A stretch of 63,941 bases of DNA, filler included, from Craspedostauros australis (taxonomy: Eukaryota), in assembly GCA_030167865.1 (NCBI GenBank). It is 10 parts of 10 records of this genome, joined end to end, with 100 filler letters (N's around TTAATTAATTAA, not from the genome) between each part and the next. Parts side by side here need not be neighbours in the genome. Positions count along the whole stretch, not along the records: positions 6,646 to 31,981 come from JALAGF010006198.1; positions 32,082 to 37,883 come from JALAGF010006200.1; 8 more parts are not named here. The stretch is one strand, 5' to 3'. Positions 22,205-34,499 of the stretch are shown here, in pieces. The position numbers and the translations under genes are program-made. Position 1 is the first letter of the stretch; each line of letters starts with the position of its first letter. The notes under the pieces were generated by a model. The model saw only the letters and a list, made by a program, of their open reading frames with translations, was not told the origin of the DNA and made no database searches.

Positions 22205-24926
22205 ATGGCCGCCAACGACAAACAGCCATCGCGCAGGTCCTCCATCGATGACAGCACCAAGCGTTCCATTCCCGTCATCGACCCTGAGAACGAGGTACGT
22301 GTGCTTTCATTCATAATGTCATGATGCTGTTGCTGCTGCAATGGCTCCATGTGCCACGCACCATCTCTTCGAAGCATGCGGATGAGCCATTTTGTTGAGG
22401 AATGTGTGCGAGCAACGCTTCATGCTCGAATGTGCAGATCGCGAAATGATTCGCCAGCCAACATCATCCGATGCTAAATCTCGTTGTCTCGCCTCATCTT
22501 ACATCATGCTGCACACTCACCTTCGCTACCTCTTTCTTTTCCTCTGTTGGTATCTCCATCTCATCTGTGACCCTATCACGCAAACATGTCAATGCGCCAA
22601 TACACACACTTGTATACTATTTTGTATCTGCAGACAGGAGACACAGAATACAAGCGCCAGGTGCACCAGGCATCGGCGGCGAGATTACGTTCCCTCGCCA
22701 CACAGATGAGCTTCAGATTAGACGAAGGCCACGGACACTGCGTGTACAGGTTAGGTGTCGAGGATGATGGATGTCACTCGTTATTAGGTTACCATCAGAT
22801 CGCCGAATCCGCAAAGATCCTCGAATGTTTAGTTGCGCGTCCGTTGAATGCCATCGTCGTGCAGAGGACGATCATCCAGAATGAGATCGAGATCGTTGAC
22901 AAGGAAGGTGATCAGCACAACGGCGATGGCGGTGACGATATCATCATGCGCAAGATGGACAGCAACAAGCATGGTGGACCAAGCCAGGTGGAGGAACCAT
23001 CCGTGTTGGGCGATGCGCATGGCAAGATCACCAAGCCCTCCGATGACGCCATTCGGTTACAGGACTTCCCGGACAGGTTAACACGAGCAGAGATTCGCAT
23101 CCAGAGGATTGAGACGCACCTGTTAGAGATTCCGAACGGACAACCAACATCCGAGATGGCTGGGCATGGGGAGAATGGCAGCAAGGACGCAGCATCGGCC
23201 GATGCCAATGGTGGCAACCACAGCAACGGTGGAGCGAGCAAATCTGCGACGGCCAACGGCGCGACGCCAAAGACGGAGAAGCTGTCGGTCGGAGAAACGC
23301 TGTCGGCACGCAACATCCGAGTCGCCGTGGTCGGCAACGTCGACGCCGGCAAATCCACACTGATCGGAACACTGACAACGTCTGCCTTGGACGACGGCCG
23401 CGGTAGAAGCCGCACGGCCATCATGAAGCACCGTCACGAGATTGAGAGCGGCCGCACATCCACGGCGACGTCGCATCTCATGGGATTCAAATCCACGGGC
23501 CAACCCATCGTGGGACGTGATCAGCTGCGCGCCAACAAGCGCAAGAGCGAGGACGAGGTCGCACGCGAGTCCTACCGCGTCATCACGCTCATGGATTTGG
23601 CGGGGCATGAGAAGTACCTCAAGACGACGTACGTGACGCGTTTGTGTGAATGTGTGTGATGGAATGCGATGGGCGGGATTTCAATGAATTCGCATCCGAC
23701 TTGTGTCTGTGGCTTGTGGGGTTGTGTTCAGGAGGCCAATGGATCTGGATGCGTGTGGCACTGACCCTTCTACCATGAAATGATTGCGACAATATTCTAC
23801 TCTTATTCCTACTCCATGTCATACTCGTGCTTACCCCTACAATTCCATTCGCCACCACCGCCAACAACAACAACGACGACGACAACAATAATGCAGAATC
23901 CATGGTGTGTCATCGGGATTTGCAGACTACGCATTGATTCTGGTGAACAGCCGTCAACCACCGACGCACATGACGCAGCACCATCTCAACTTGTGCTGCA
24001 GCTTTGGCATCCCCGTCATCATCATCTTCACCAAGATCGACGGATGTCCCAAGCACGCTTTCAAGACTTGCCGCGAGGAGGTCACCAAGATGTTGCGTTC
24101 GCCGGAGATCAACAAGCGTGCCTTCCGCGTTAGCAACGAGGACGATGCGATGACTGTGATGGACAAGCTGCACACCTTGGCGCCCATGATCGAGACCTCG
24201 TGCGTTACGGGCGACGGCATCGACCTGCTTCAGAAGATGCTCTTCACGTTACCGAAGAGGCGACGGCATGAGAATAAAGCAAAGCGCAACTTCGAGTTCC
24301 TCGTGGAAGACATCTTCAACGTCCCAGGAGTTGGCAGCGTGGTGTCTGGTTTCGTGAATGCCGGAGAGCTCAACGTGGGGGCCAACTGCCATGTCTTTGT
24401 GGGTCCCATGGATGACGGCAGCTTCGTCAAGACGGTTGCCAAGTCGGCGCACATTGCACGCATCAACACGAGTCACATCACGTCCGGACAATCCGCGTGC
24501 TTGGCGTTAGCATTGAGCAAGGAGGTGAGGAAGAAGCTCCGACGTGGCATGGTGGTGCTGCGAGGATCACCCACAGCAACGAAGCACTTTGATGCTGAGA
24601 TCTGCGTGCTGAAGGGTGACACCACGACCATCCGCAAGAGCTACCAGGCCTACGTGCACATCCTCAACGTGCGCCAAAGCGCCTTCGCTCGCAACATCGA
24701 GATTGTGAATCACCATGCAGCCGGTCTGCCGCCAAGCCACGCGGCCACGATCGACGAAAGCGGCGAAGGAATCGTGCTGCGTCCCGGCAGCCGTGCGAAG
24801 GTCCGCTTCGAGTTTGCGCAACGTCCCGAGTACATCCGTGCCGGAATGCGCATGCTGTTCCGCGATGGGCGCGTCCGAGGCGTTGGCATCATCACGGGCA
24901 TCCCTGCGAAGGTGGCGGCAGCATGA
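22205..24926 (+). CDS. GTPBP2: GTP-binding protein 1/2 family translational GTPase; exons 22205-22294, 22634-23628, 23897-24926
   Basis: PENE|TGDTEYK, LATQMSFRLDEG..VYRLGVEDDG, G1 GNVDAGKST, HRHEIESGRTS, DLAGHEKYLKTT|IHG, G4 TKID, PEYIRAGMRMLFRDG. GTACGT...CAG introns restore the frame. GTPBP1 versus GTPBP2 is not certain. Confidence 0.9.
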
Positions 24927-26150
24927 GCAGCCATGGGGCGCGGTGGGTGGATGCGAGTGGACGCAAGATGGACAGCAGAGCAAGGGGAGTTGCCGTTGGG
25001 TGGATGCCTTGCTGCTGCTTCTGTCCAAATCGCACAGGGATGAGAAAGGGCGTCTCCACGCCGAGATGCGCGTGCGAGTAGAGAGACAATGCGGCATTCC
25101 ACCAGACGAGATCCGCACAATGCTGTCTGGTACACGCTGCTGCAAGGGAACCCATAAATTTTCGGTTGTTTGTTGTCATGATGACGATCTACCGTCACCT
25201 TTGTCGTTGCTTTTGTTGTGGCTGTTGTCGATGCTGTTTGGGGTGACGATGGTCAATGATCATGATACTCTACTATTCTATGTGCGTCGGTTGGATGGGA
25301 TATGAAAGCGCAAGGCATAGCCCCCGGTTCCTCGCTCTGTTTGGAAACGCCGTGGGAAGGTGATAGATCTGACGTACGTGTGGGTATTGTAGAGTAGGCC
25401 GTTCGAACACAGTTGTTGCGCATGTCACCAAACATACTGTACATCACATCACCTTTCGCAGCTGGCAGCTGCTTCGTGCCAATGGAGAATTGAATTCTGG
25501 ATGGCATCGGTAATCACTTCACAATTTGTGGTGTACATTTATCCACAGACACCGATCTGTGCACGTTGCTGCTTTTCTCATGCACATCACACATGCACAA
25601 TACCACATCACATGGCATGCGACTTTGGCCACCGTTCAGTCAAGCAGTTCTCAATGGTCGCCACATGAACGAGTGAAGATAAAGTGTCGAAACACAAAAC
25701 CGGTAAAGATAGAGAGAAACCACCCTTCCTTGGTAAGAAGGGATGCTGAACATTTTTGGCGCCGTTCTTGACATGATGAAGAACACTTGAACAATGCTGT
25801 GCCATGCCGCACTCTGTGAGATGTTCTGGTCGAGCATTCTTTCCAGCTTCGTGATTGGGTATTCCTGCATGACGGAATTGGTTGGAGCAAAAGGACACAG
25901 ACCTCCGTGGCTGTTGTGAGTGAACGGGGACAGAAGGCTCCTTCATCGCTGTTCAGTGGATTTGTGTCATTATCAATAGAACAGGGAGAGAGAACACGCG
26001 CCCAGAAGCGTCGTGCTAACGAGTGTGTTCCACCCTCTTCAGCCGATGAGAAAGAAGTGCCACTGCGTTTTTTTGGTTGTCTTTGATAGTGTGCAGTGTT
26101 TTAGAATAGTCGTTAGAGTTCTTTGCTGTTGTAGTGTTCGAGTGTGACAA

Positions 26151-27830
26151 TCATCTGCGACTCATTCCCAACGACGCCTGATTCGAGGTCTGTCCATCCT
26201 GCTGCTGATGCATGCGCTCCATGTCTTCCATGGCCGCGATGAGGCGCTGCCGCCTTTGCTGCTCGGCCGCGAACATGAACGGTTGATGCGCGATCGTGTC
26301 GATGGCTGGGGAAGGATGCGTCGCCATCAAGGCTGGGTTCAGCAGCGCGTGATGCGATGTTAGCATGGCTGGATGAGGGTACTGGACGCGGGCGTGCGCA
26401 CCGGCGAAGGCACCCGCCTGCGCCATCGGTGTGGCTGCCAGGAGCGCGCTTTGTGACAGCAGAGCGGATTCGTGTGGAAACTGCTGCTGTTGTTGTTGTT
26501 GTGCGTGACCGCGTTGCTGCTGCTGCTGGAAGAGCTGGAGTTCCTGTTGCAGGTGCATGGCTCGTTCTTCGGCCGCAGCCGCTCTGGCTCTCTGCTCCTG
26601 GCCGAATCTGAGCAGCGCCTGGATCTCAGCGGAAGACGAAGGCGTCGGCTTGCCATTCGTGGCAGCGCTGGTCGCGGACTGGTCGTTCTGCGTTGCTGCT
26701 GAAGCCGCAGAGGACACGGTTGGGACGTAGATGTGCGGTGGCAGCGGAGAGGGGGCGCTGGCGAATGCCCCAGCATGCGGAGCCAGGCGGTAGTGGGCCT
26801 GTGCGTCGAGCTTGGTGCGCTTGGTGGAGCCTGCGTGCGGCGAAGTGGAAGGACCCGCAGACGGCGTGATTGGGCGCTTGCGGTGGTTGGACACGGCCGC
26901 TGCTTCGCCACCGGTTGGTGCTGCGACGGAGCGCTTGCGCTGTTTGTTGGCGCCTGCCTTGGCAGCACCGTTGGCGGCACCGTTGGCAGCAGCAGTCGGA
27001 GACTTGTCTCTGGCGGCGAACCACTCGGCGTCGCGCTTCTTGATGAGGGCCCTCATCCTGTCGGCCTCCTCCTTGCGACGCATCTCGAAGGTCCTGTGCC
27101 TTAGGGCCTGGCTGGTCTTCTCGCGGGCCGCGATGTCGCCGATCTCGTAGTAGAGGCCATCGTGGGAGTCCTTGCGCAGGAAGCGGCCGCCCTGCTCGCG
27201 GATGCTCTGCACGATCGTCTTGGCGACGTGGGGCTTGCGGGCCTTAGTGCTCTGCTCGTAGCTGGTGCGGCTGGAGTAGATGAGGTCTCTGTAGTACCGG
27301 TTGCCCGGGTGCAGGTTGGTGCCTCCGCCGCGGCCGCTCAGCACGTCGTTCGAGTTGAAGCGGTCGAGGCCCTCCGTGGCCGGCGGCACGATGTTCAGCC
27401 TCTTTCTGGCTCCGGAGATCTGCGAGTTCTTGCTGTCATCATCGTTGCTGTTGCTATTAGTATTGTTGTTGGTGCTCTGGTTCTTGGTTGGGGCCTTCTT
27501 GGCAGCGTCAACTGTGTCGACCGTGTTGCCGGTACTGCTGGTTCGCTCGGCTGTGCTCTGGTTCTTGGTGGGTTTAGTCTTGCTTTTGTTCTTGTTCTTC
27601 GCACTGGCCAGCTGCACCCGTCTCATTGGTGTGATTGCTCTCGTTGTAGCTTCCGTAGCTGCTGTTGCCTGTGTTGTTGCTGAAGCAGATGCAGGCTCAC
27701 TCTCGCTGGAGACCGTCGAGGCTGCCTCGCTGGCCTCTGCCGCAGCAACGGCTGCTGCTGCAACAGTCATGAGCCCTGTGATGGAAGGACGTCCGAAGTG
27801 TTGCTCTCTTTGCATTGCCACGGAAAGCAT
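26151..27830 (-). CDS. DUF6824-domain protein, probable nucleic-acid-binding regulator with Q/A-rich tail
   Basis: NDVLSGRGGGTNLHPGNRYYRDLI...VAKTIVQSIREQGGRFLRKD...EIGDIAAREKTSQALR; first ATG at 27830. Confidence 0.85.
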   Translation of the reverse strand: MLSVAMQREQHFGRPSITGLMTVAAAAVAAAEASEAASTVSSESEPASASATTQATAATEATTRAITPMRRVQLASAKNKNKSKTKPTKNQSTAERTSSTGNTVDTVDAAKKAPTKNQSTNNNTNSNSNDDDSKNSQISGARKRLNIVPPATEGLDRFNSNDVLSGRGGGTNLHPGNRYYRDLIYSSRTSYEQSTKARKPHVAKTIVQSIREQGGRFLRKDSHDGLYYEIGDIAAREKTSQALRHRTFEMRRKEEADRMRALIKKRDAEWFAARDKSPTAAANGAANGAAKAGANKQRKRSVAAPTGGEAAAVSNHRKRPITPSAGPSTSPHAGSTKRTKLDAQAHYRLAPHAGAFASAPSPLPPHIYVPTVSSAASAATQNDQSATSAATNGKPTPSSSAEIQALLRFGQEQRARAAAAEERAMHLQQELQLFQQQQQRGHAQQQQQQQFPHESALLSQSALLAATPMAQAGAFAGAHARVQYPHPAMLTSHHALLNPALMATHPSPAIDTIAHQPFMFAAEQQRRQRLIAAMEDMERMHQQQDGQTSNQASLGMSRR

Positions 27831-29568
27831 CTGGCGTGTCTTTGTGGAGTAGACTATTGGTATAATGTTATTGTGGACTGTGCTGTTTGTGTTCCTTGCT
27901 TGAGGTGGTGCGTTGGGCAGATAGAGTGTTGGGAGTGAGTGAGTGAGTGTGTGTGTGTTTGTGTTTGTGTTTGCTCGTGTTCTGATTTTATGGGCTTGTG
28001 TGTGTTTGTGGCGTGAACTCAAACGTGATGTTGCTTTTCTTGCTGGTGTTTGTATTGTGTTTGTGTGGGGTTTGCGTGTTGTCGTGTTCGCGTGTTGTCG
28101 TGCTGGAGCACAATTCTATGATGAATGTTGTTTCGAGACTCAAAGTTCATTTAGTGTGACTTCCAAAACAGGACGTGTGCGTAAACTGCACAAAGACGCA
28201 ACCACTCCACCATGTGCCCCACACGCATGCACGAAAGACACAGGCGAAATCAAAGGGACTGATGTGCGAAACAAAGGAGGCGCGCTCATTCACGCGGTGC
28301 GGCGATGAAGCAGTTTCTCTCTTTCTCTTTGGCTCTCTCTGTGCGGTTTGTGTTTGGGACTGTTCTTGTGATGTTCTTCCCACGCAAATGTACGCGTCGA
28401 CCCACACACACATGCGCGCAAGCACGCCAGTAAGGTGAAGTCGACAATTGAACAACGCGGGGGGTTCTCTTGTTCGGGGACGAACGAGAAAGTCAATGCT
28501 TCACACGGAAAGAAGTGATGTACGTAAATCGGGTGGACGACCACATGTACCATATGTACTCTACCCGTACCTGCAGTACCGAATGCCACGAACCGGTCAC
28601 TGTTCTCACGACACAACGCCGATGTTCACTGGCCAGTAACGCGCAACAAAATTGTTGGAGAAGACTGTGAAATAACCACGCAAATTCGTTCGTGATGGTC
28701 GTGTCGGCCTTTGTGCACATGCACCTTCGTTGGACTGTCGTTGGGGAGGGGATCGCTGGAACTGTGACTGTGCGTGTGCGTGCTTGTCGCACATTGCATA
28801 TGCCTGTGCGTGATACGGACAACGAACTCGAATGGCCTTCTTTTCGCTGGAGCCGCAACACATTTATACGAACCGACGAACAAGTTGATCGCAGTCTAAT
28901 GAACACGGACAGTCAACCTCACCCCAAAAAACGGTACTGAGGCTGGGATCTCAATAGAGGGGTTCGAGTGGCTATTTTTTGGCATGGCCGGCGACCCCAG
29001 CCAATCAAATGGCTTAGACTTTATCACCACCACGAGCAAGCCATCCCATTGAAGGGTGAATTGAGGGGAGATTGGGTCAATTTTCCCGAGCTTTGTTGCG
29101 CTTGGGGTTCTCATTTGGAACCGTGTGACGCAGACGATCTGTTCCCTGTCCGATCGATTCTCGTTGTGAGCGCTGACAGAGGCGGTGGGATTGCGTGGTT
29201 GGTTTCGCACGAGGAATTGTGGAACTTTGACACTTTCTAAGAAATCACGTATTGAACAAATTAAGTGTAATTATATACATGCAGTATCTCCGTTTGAGTA
29301 TCTCGAGGTGACAAACTGCATTGTCGTAACAGAACGACGATTCCGACCGATACGTTCATGATATCGTTGCGATGGTACTATCGTATGCTCAGTATTGTTG
29401 TCGTTTAATACCAGTATTACCGCAATAGTACCAATTCATACGAGAAATTGACAAAATTGTTTTCTACAAAATCCCAACAAAACAAGGACAGAAGTGGTCC
29501 TTTGATGTGAACGGCGACACAGCAGTTGGCTGTTGAGATGCTTCTGTCGGTAGTATCCGTTTTGGTAT

Positions 29569-30310
29569 CATGTCGTCGGCTGTGACTTTGTGAACACAGT
29601 TGTGAGTGAGATTCTGGGTCTTTGTGTGACACCAGAAAACAACAACAACAACTGCAACAACAACAGCAACAACATCAGCATCAAGATCGACAATGGCATT
29701 GGTGCTGTCGCCAAGTACAAGTACCCACAGGTCTGTGTTAGCTAGCAGGATGAGCTCACGCTACAAATGTACACAATACTTGGCACACCGGTCATATGCA
29801 ACACATGTGCACATCACAGCAAACCAATAACAAAATGACAATGCTGATTACAATGGCATAAACACGCTGCTGTCGGTCACAGTCACCACTGTGGCCTGCA
29901 ATATGGGTTGAATTCNNNNNNNNNNNNNNNNNNNNNNNNNNNNNNNNNNNNNNNNNNNNNNNNNNCATGTCGTCGGCTGTGACTTTGTGAACACAGTTGT
30001 GAGTGAGATTCTGGGTCTTTGTGTGACACCAGAAAACAACAACAACAACTGCAACAACAACAGCAACAACATCAGCATCAAGATCGACAATGGCATTGGT
30101 GCTGTCGCCAAGTACAAGTACCCACAGGTCTGTGTTAGCTAGCAGGATGAGCTCACGCTACAAATGTACACAATACTTGGCACACCGGTCATATGCAACA
30201 CATGTGCACATCACAGCAAACCAATANCAAAAATGACAATGNTGATTACAATGGCNTAAACANGCTGCTGTCGGTCACAGTCACCACTGTGGNCTGCAAT
30301 ATGGGTTGAA
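29569..30310. repeat. ~345-bp near-identical duplication across an N gap (probable assembly artefact)
   Basis: 29569-29915 recurs at about 29966-30312. Confidence 0.75.
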
Positions 30311-30618
30311 TTCAGGATTGCAGCTTTNGCAACTTCACTGANGGGGCATCTGNTTTGGTGGTGGGCATGCCATATTGGCCGCAGCACAGGACCCACCCAC
30401 CCATCTATTCATCCATGAAGATCATCCATCCTTGTACCAGTTCTGGCATTGGCATCCAGGTTGGGATCTTTCCTCTACATTCAATGGGCAGAGATCCTTT
30501 GAGAAGCATATGATTGTTGGCATTGGAAAGAGTGTTGGAGCAATGTTGTGGTGGCCTTGCGCAAGCAACAGGAAGCCTTGACACCATTGGACTCCATTCA
30601 ATCTCAAGCATCCAGCTG

Positions 30619-31614
30619 TGTCGAGATGTACATGCGTGTATATGTCAAGATGTACGTGTATATGTGCATCATTCACCTGTTATTCTCTTNTTCATGTACG
30701 GACGGTACAACTACATTCGTGTCATTTGTATACTGTGATTTGTCAGAATTACAGTGGAAATGGAACACACGAAAATGAGCAGATTTTCTGGAGGAAATTT
30801 GCAATCAACGATTTCTGAGAGAATCAGGAACATCATCCGTCCATCCATCAATGGAAACATATGGTATCGAGCGAAGCTCGATGTACCTCCCAACTAAGCC
30901 CCAGATGATGATATCATCTGACAGACCACAGCATCACCAATTGTCGAGATGTACATGTGAGTATATGTCGAGATGTACGAGTATATGTGCATCGTTCACC
31001 CGCTATTCTCTCATACGCACTTGNNNNNNNNNNNNNNNNNNNNNNNNNNNNNNNNNNNNNNNNNNNNNNNNNNTACCTCCCAACTAAGCCCCAGATGATG
31101 ATATCATCTGACAGACCACAGCATCACCAATGGAACGTGACATCTGGAGGAACAGGAAGACGACAGCTGACATAGACAGGATGTCATTGTGTCACCACAT
31201 CAACATCTGTCTCCATGTCAGAAGCAGAAGGTGAAGATTTGATGACCGAAGGGCATCAAAATCATGGATACACGAGATGGAGTTCAAGTGGCAAGCACTC
31301 GTGGAGTAGAAGTCAGTAGTGAACAAATGGAGTGTCGAATGTGGAGTATGCATTGAACACGGAGTATCATGTAGCATGAACATGCAACATTGAGAAGAGA
31401 GAGAATACGAATAGCAGCGAGAGAGCATCTCGCGTACCAACTCATAGTCGGAGACCAATCTACAAAACACAGAGACGCGCCAAGAGCATTGGGCAAGAGA
31501 ATGGAGACACAAAGAGCATTGGAGTGCTCAAGGAATGAAATAGCAAACAGAACGACTATCAACCAACACCGTCTTCCACGATCGCAAGTTATCCGTCCAC
31601 GGAACTTGCCAACA
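30619..31614. mobile_element. Two nested copies of an LTR-like repeat (TGTCGAGATGTAC...GGAACTTGCCAACA): partial copy 30619-30941, second copy 30942-31614
   Basis: Homology between copies begins at TGTCGAG and ends at GCCAACA in all copies (TG...CA termini, imperfect TGTYG/CCAACA inverted ends). Confidence 0.65.
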
Positions 31615-32025
31615 TGTGTGCTCTGTTCTATGGATACTCTGGTGTTGCAGATTTGTAGCTTGTTGGTTGTTGCTGATTGCTGATTGCTTTGCAGTAGGTT
31701 TGATGTTCAAAGCTNGATGCCTTGCCTGCTGCTGGTTGCTTTCTCCTGGATNCTTTCCATGGATTTGTTGTTTGTGGCTGCATGCTCAGCTCTCTTCTGG
31801 ATATGCTTTTCTGGAATCTCTTGGTTGGGTAAACTGTGGATTCTCTGGTTGGGTCAAGTGGTGTGCTGGATGCTCCTCCCTCTCTCTCTCTTGTAAATCC
31901 TCACTGCCAATTCACTACTGCTTGCCAAATGACATCTGGCAAGGATCACTGCTGATGCATTGATAGTTGGTGGTGGCAGAANNNNNNNNNNNNNNNNNNN
32001 NNNNNNNNNNNNNNNNNNNNNNNNN

Positions 32026-32037
32026 TTAATTAATTAA
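32026..32037. other. Artificial scaffold linker
   Basis: TTAATTAATTAA in N run. Confidence 0.97.
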
Positions 32038-32081
32038 NNNNNNNNNNNNNNNNNNNNNNNNNNNNNNNNNNNNNNNNNNNN

Positions 32082-32541
32082 AGAAGGACGCCTACTGACG
32101 TCGACAGGATGTCATCGTGTCACCACGTCAACATCTGTCTCCAAGTCAGAGCAGGAGGCGAAGATGCGATGACCCATGAAGATCATGGATACTGAAGGTG
32201 AACTTCAAATGGTAAGTACTCATGGAGTAGGAACCAGTACTGAATGAACGAAGTGTCAAATGTGGAGTACGCATCGAACGTGTAGTATCGCGTAGCACGA
32301 AGGACGCGATGCTGAGACAGAGAGAGAGAGTACAGAGAGGAGTGAGAGAGCATCTCACGTACCGACTCATAGTCGGACGATCGAATCTACGAGACAGATT
32401 GAAGCGCCGAGAGCATCGGGCAAGAGAACGGGCGTACACCAAGAGGATCGGAGTAGCCAAGTAATGAAATAGCAAACAAACGACTATCAACCAACACCAT
32501 CTTCCACAATCGTAGGCTTCCAATCATGGAACTTGCCAACA
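32082..32541. mobile_element. Right part of the same LTR-like repeat
   Basis: Colinear with 38812-39335; ends GGAACTTGCCAACA at 32541. Confidence 0.65.
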
Positions 32542-33852
32542 TCCACTTTTGTATTTCCCTTGACACCTTTCAGGCCATCCCCAAGCCTCAAACTTTGTGG
32601 GCACCTTTGTCATACCCTCCATGATGTGTCTTGCTCATCCATAGTCATTGGAATGGCCTTTGTATTTCATGCAGAGGCCATATCCAATGGGTGGATTTTC
32701 CTCCAAATCGTGTCATTTGCTTGTTGGCTTGCCACAGTCTCAAACGAACCACGAAGAAAAGTGATGGAAGGTTTTGTTTTATGATGTTACGATTTGCTTT
32801 TCGGTTTGCTGTCGCTCTTCTTCCACGTTTGCTGCTTTTGCTCACTGTGAAACGCAGGCATCGGTAGGGTGGAGGCGTGGAGGCAGGCATCAACACAAGC
32901 CGGATGCGGGTTGTCATGCAATGGTAAGCATGTAGACAGCACATTGCTTCAACAGTCTTGTACTTGGCGGTCCATTTGTGTTTCGCACGATCATTCAATT
33001 TGTTGTGAGCCGCTGTTGTTTGTGTCTTTCCAGATCCGTTGATGGATCTTTCGCTTCGGAGAAACACGCTCAGTCCACTCTCTTTTCGTTAAGTTGCACA
33101 GCGTGAACACAATACACGCACAACGGCTTTCTTCATTCGCAGCAGAATTCTCCACGCTTGATACTCCGTGATTGGATTCTGCTTATTGTTGGTGGGCGCA
33201 AGTTTGCGGCGTCTCCTCGGACATCCCAATGACAGGATGCTCCATGACGTCACACCAAGATGGCATCCCCCTCTCACTCATCTACTAAACTATACATGGC
33301 GGTTCCGCCTGTGCGCTCAGATCTTGCACTGGATCGCTGGTTGTCGCAGTGCCGTTGATGCCGTTTGATGGCGCTTGTGGAGTTCTGTTGTGTGTTCCCC
33401 ATGGTCGTGTTGTTGTGTGGAGTTTGGTGTTCTCAACAGGTGTTTGGTGTTGGGGGACGTGGACATTGATAGAAATCGAGCAACTTCACTAACCAGGTCT
33501 TTTTTGAGGCCAAAGTTCACTAACCAGGTCGTTTTGGTGCCTGGCCAATCACAATGGCCGGACTGTTGACAGGTGCGTCCCTGCGACAACGACGAACATA
33601 TTGATTTAGCCACGAAATACACACGTCAACTGTTTCCCAGTAGAGTAGACAAGACAAGACAAGTTTATAATGTTGGTGTTGAATCCTGTTCTGTGGAATA
33701 TGAATAGAGGGTTAAAGCAACTATTTTGCATACTGACATCACCCATGGGCATGTATCCAACTTGGGATGGTCCAGGCCCAACTGCCAGGAGTTTCAGATT
33801 ACATGTAGTCCATTCCTGCAATACCATTTGGTCACTGTGTGTAATGTGCGTA

Positions 33853-34080
33853 TGTTGGGATGTACAAATGCGTATGCGCATCGTTCAACCGTTATTCTCT
33901 TATACTCATGTACGGACGGTACAACTACATTCGTGTCAATAGTGAACTGTGATTTGCCAAAATCACATCACAAAATCGAACACACAAAAATGAGCAGAAT
34001 TTCTGGAGGAAATTTGCAAACAACGATTTCTGAGAACATCAGGAACATCGTCCGTCCATCAACCAATGGAAATGTATGGA
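33853..34080. mobile_element. Left part of the same LTR-like repeat, interrupting the repeat family shared with 1950-2290
   Basis: Starts TGTTGGGATGTACA and is colinear with about 30650-30860. Confidence 0.55.
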
Positions 34081-34499
34081 GGAAATTCATTAACCAGCCC
34101 TTTTGAAGTGCCGATTTGCATCAACCAGCCTGTTTTTACAACACTTAGTGGCACAAAACGTCCAATTGTCCATGCGACATCCCATGGACACAGGGATTTC
34201 GCATCGACTGCCATGGCTAGTGCATAAATATAGACTACCTGTACCACACAGGAAAACTTCAAGCCACATCATATTATACATGTTTATCATCATCTTCATA
34301 TTGCCAGTATAGTCCACACAAATGTACACCATCCAATGAGGGGAATACGTGACTACTTTAGTTGTAGATATGTACATCATCCATCTGTTTGCTCCAAGTT
34401 CTTGCGTTGTGGATCGTATTCTGACGACATCTTCATTGCAAGGGTAAAAATAGAACAGTTTAACAAAATCAGCGCATCGAAGGCATTCCAATGGGTATA

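Noticed and set aside
21375..22324. ORFs between the glycosyltransferase and GTPBP genes
   Set aside because: They cross a (GA)n microsatellite and a divergent promoter region; no recognisable domains.
10616..27830. The six host genes as a functional cluster
   Set aside because: Unrelated functions and mixed orientation; ordinary eukaryotic gene neighbourhood.
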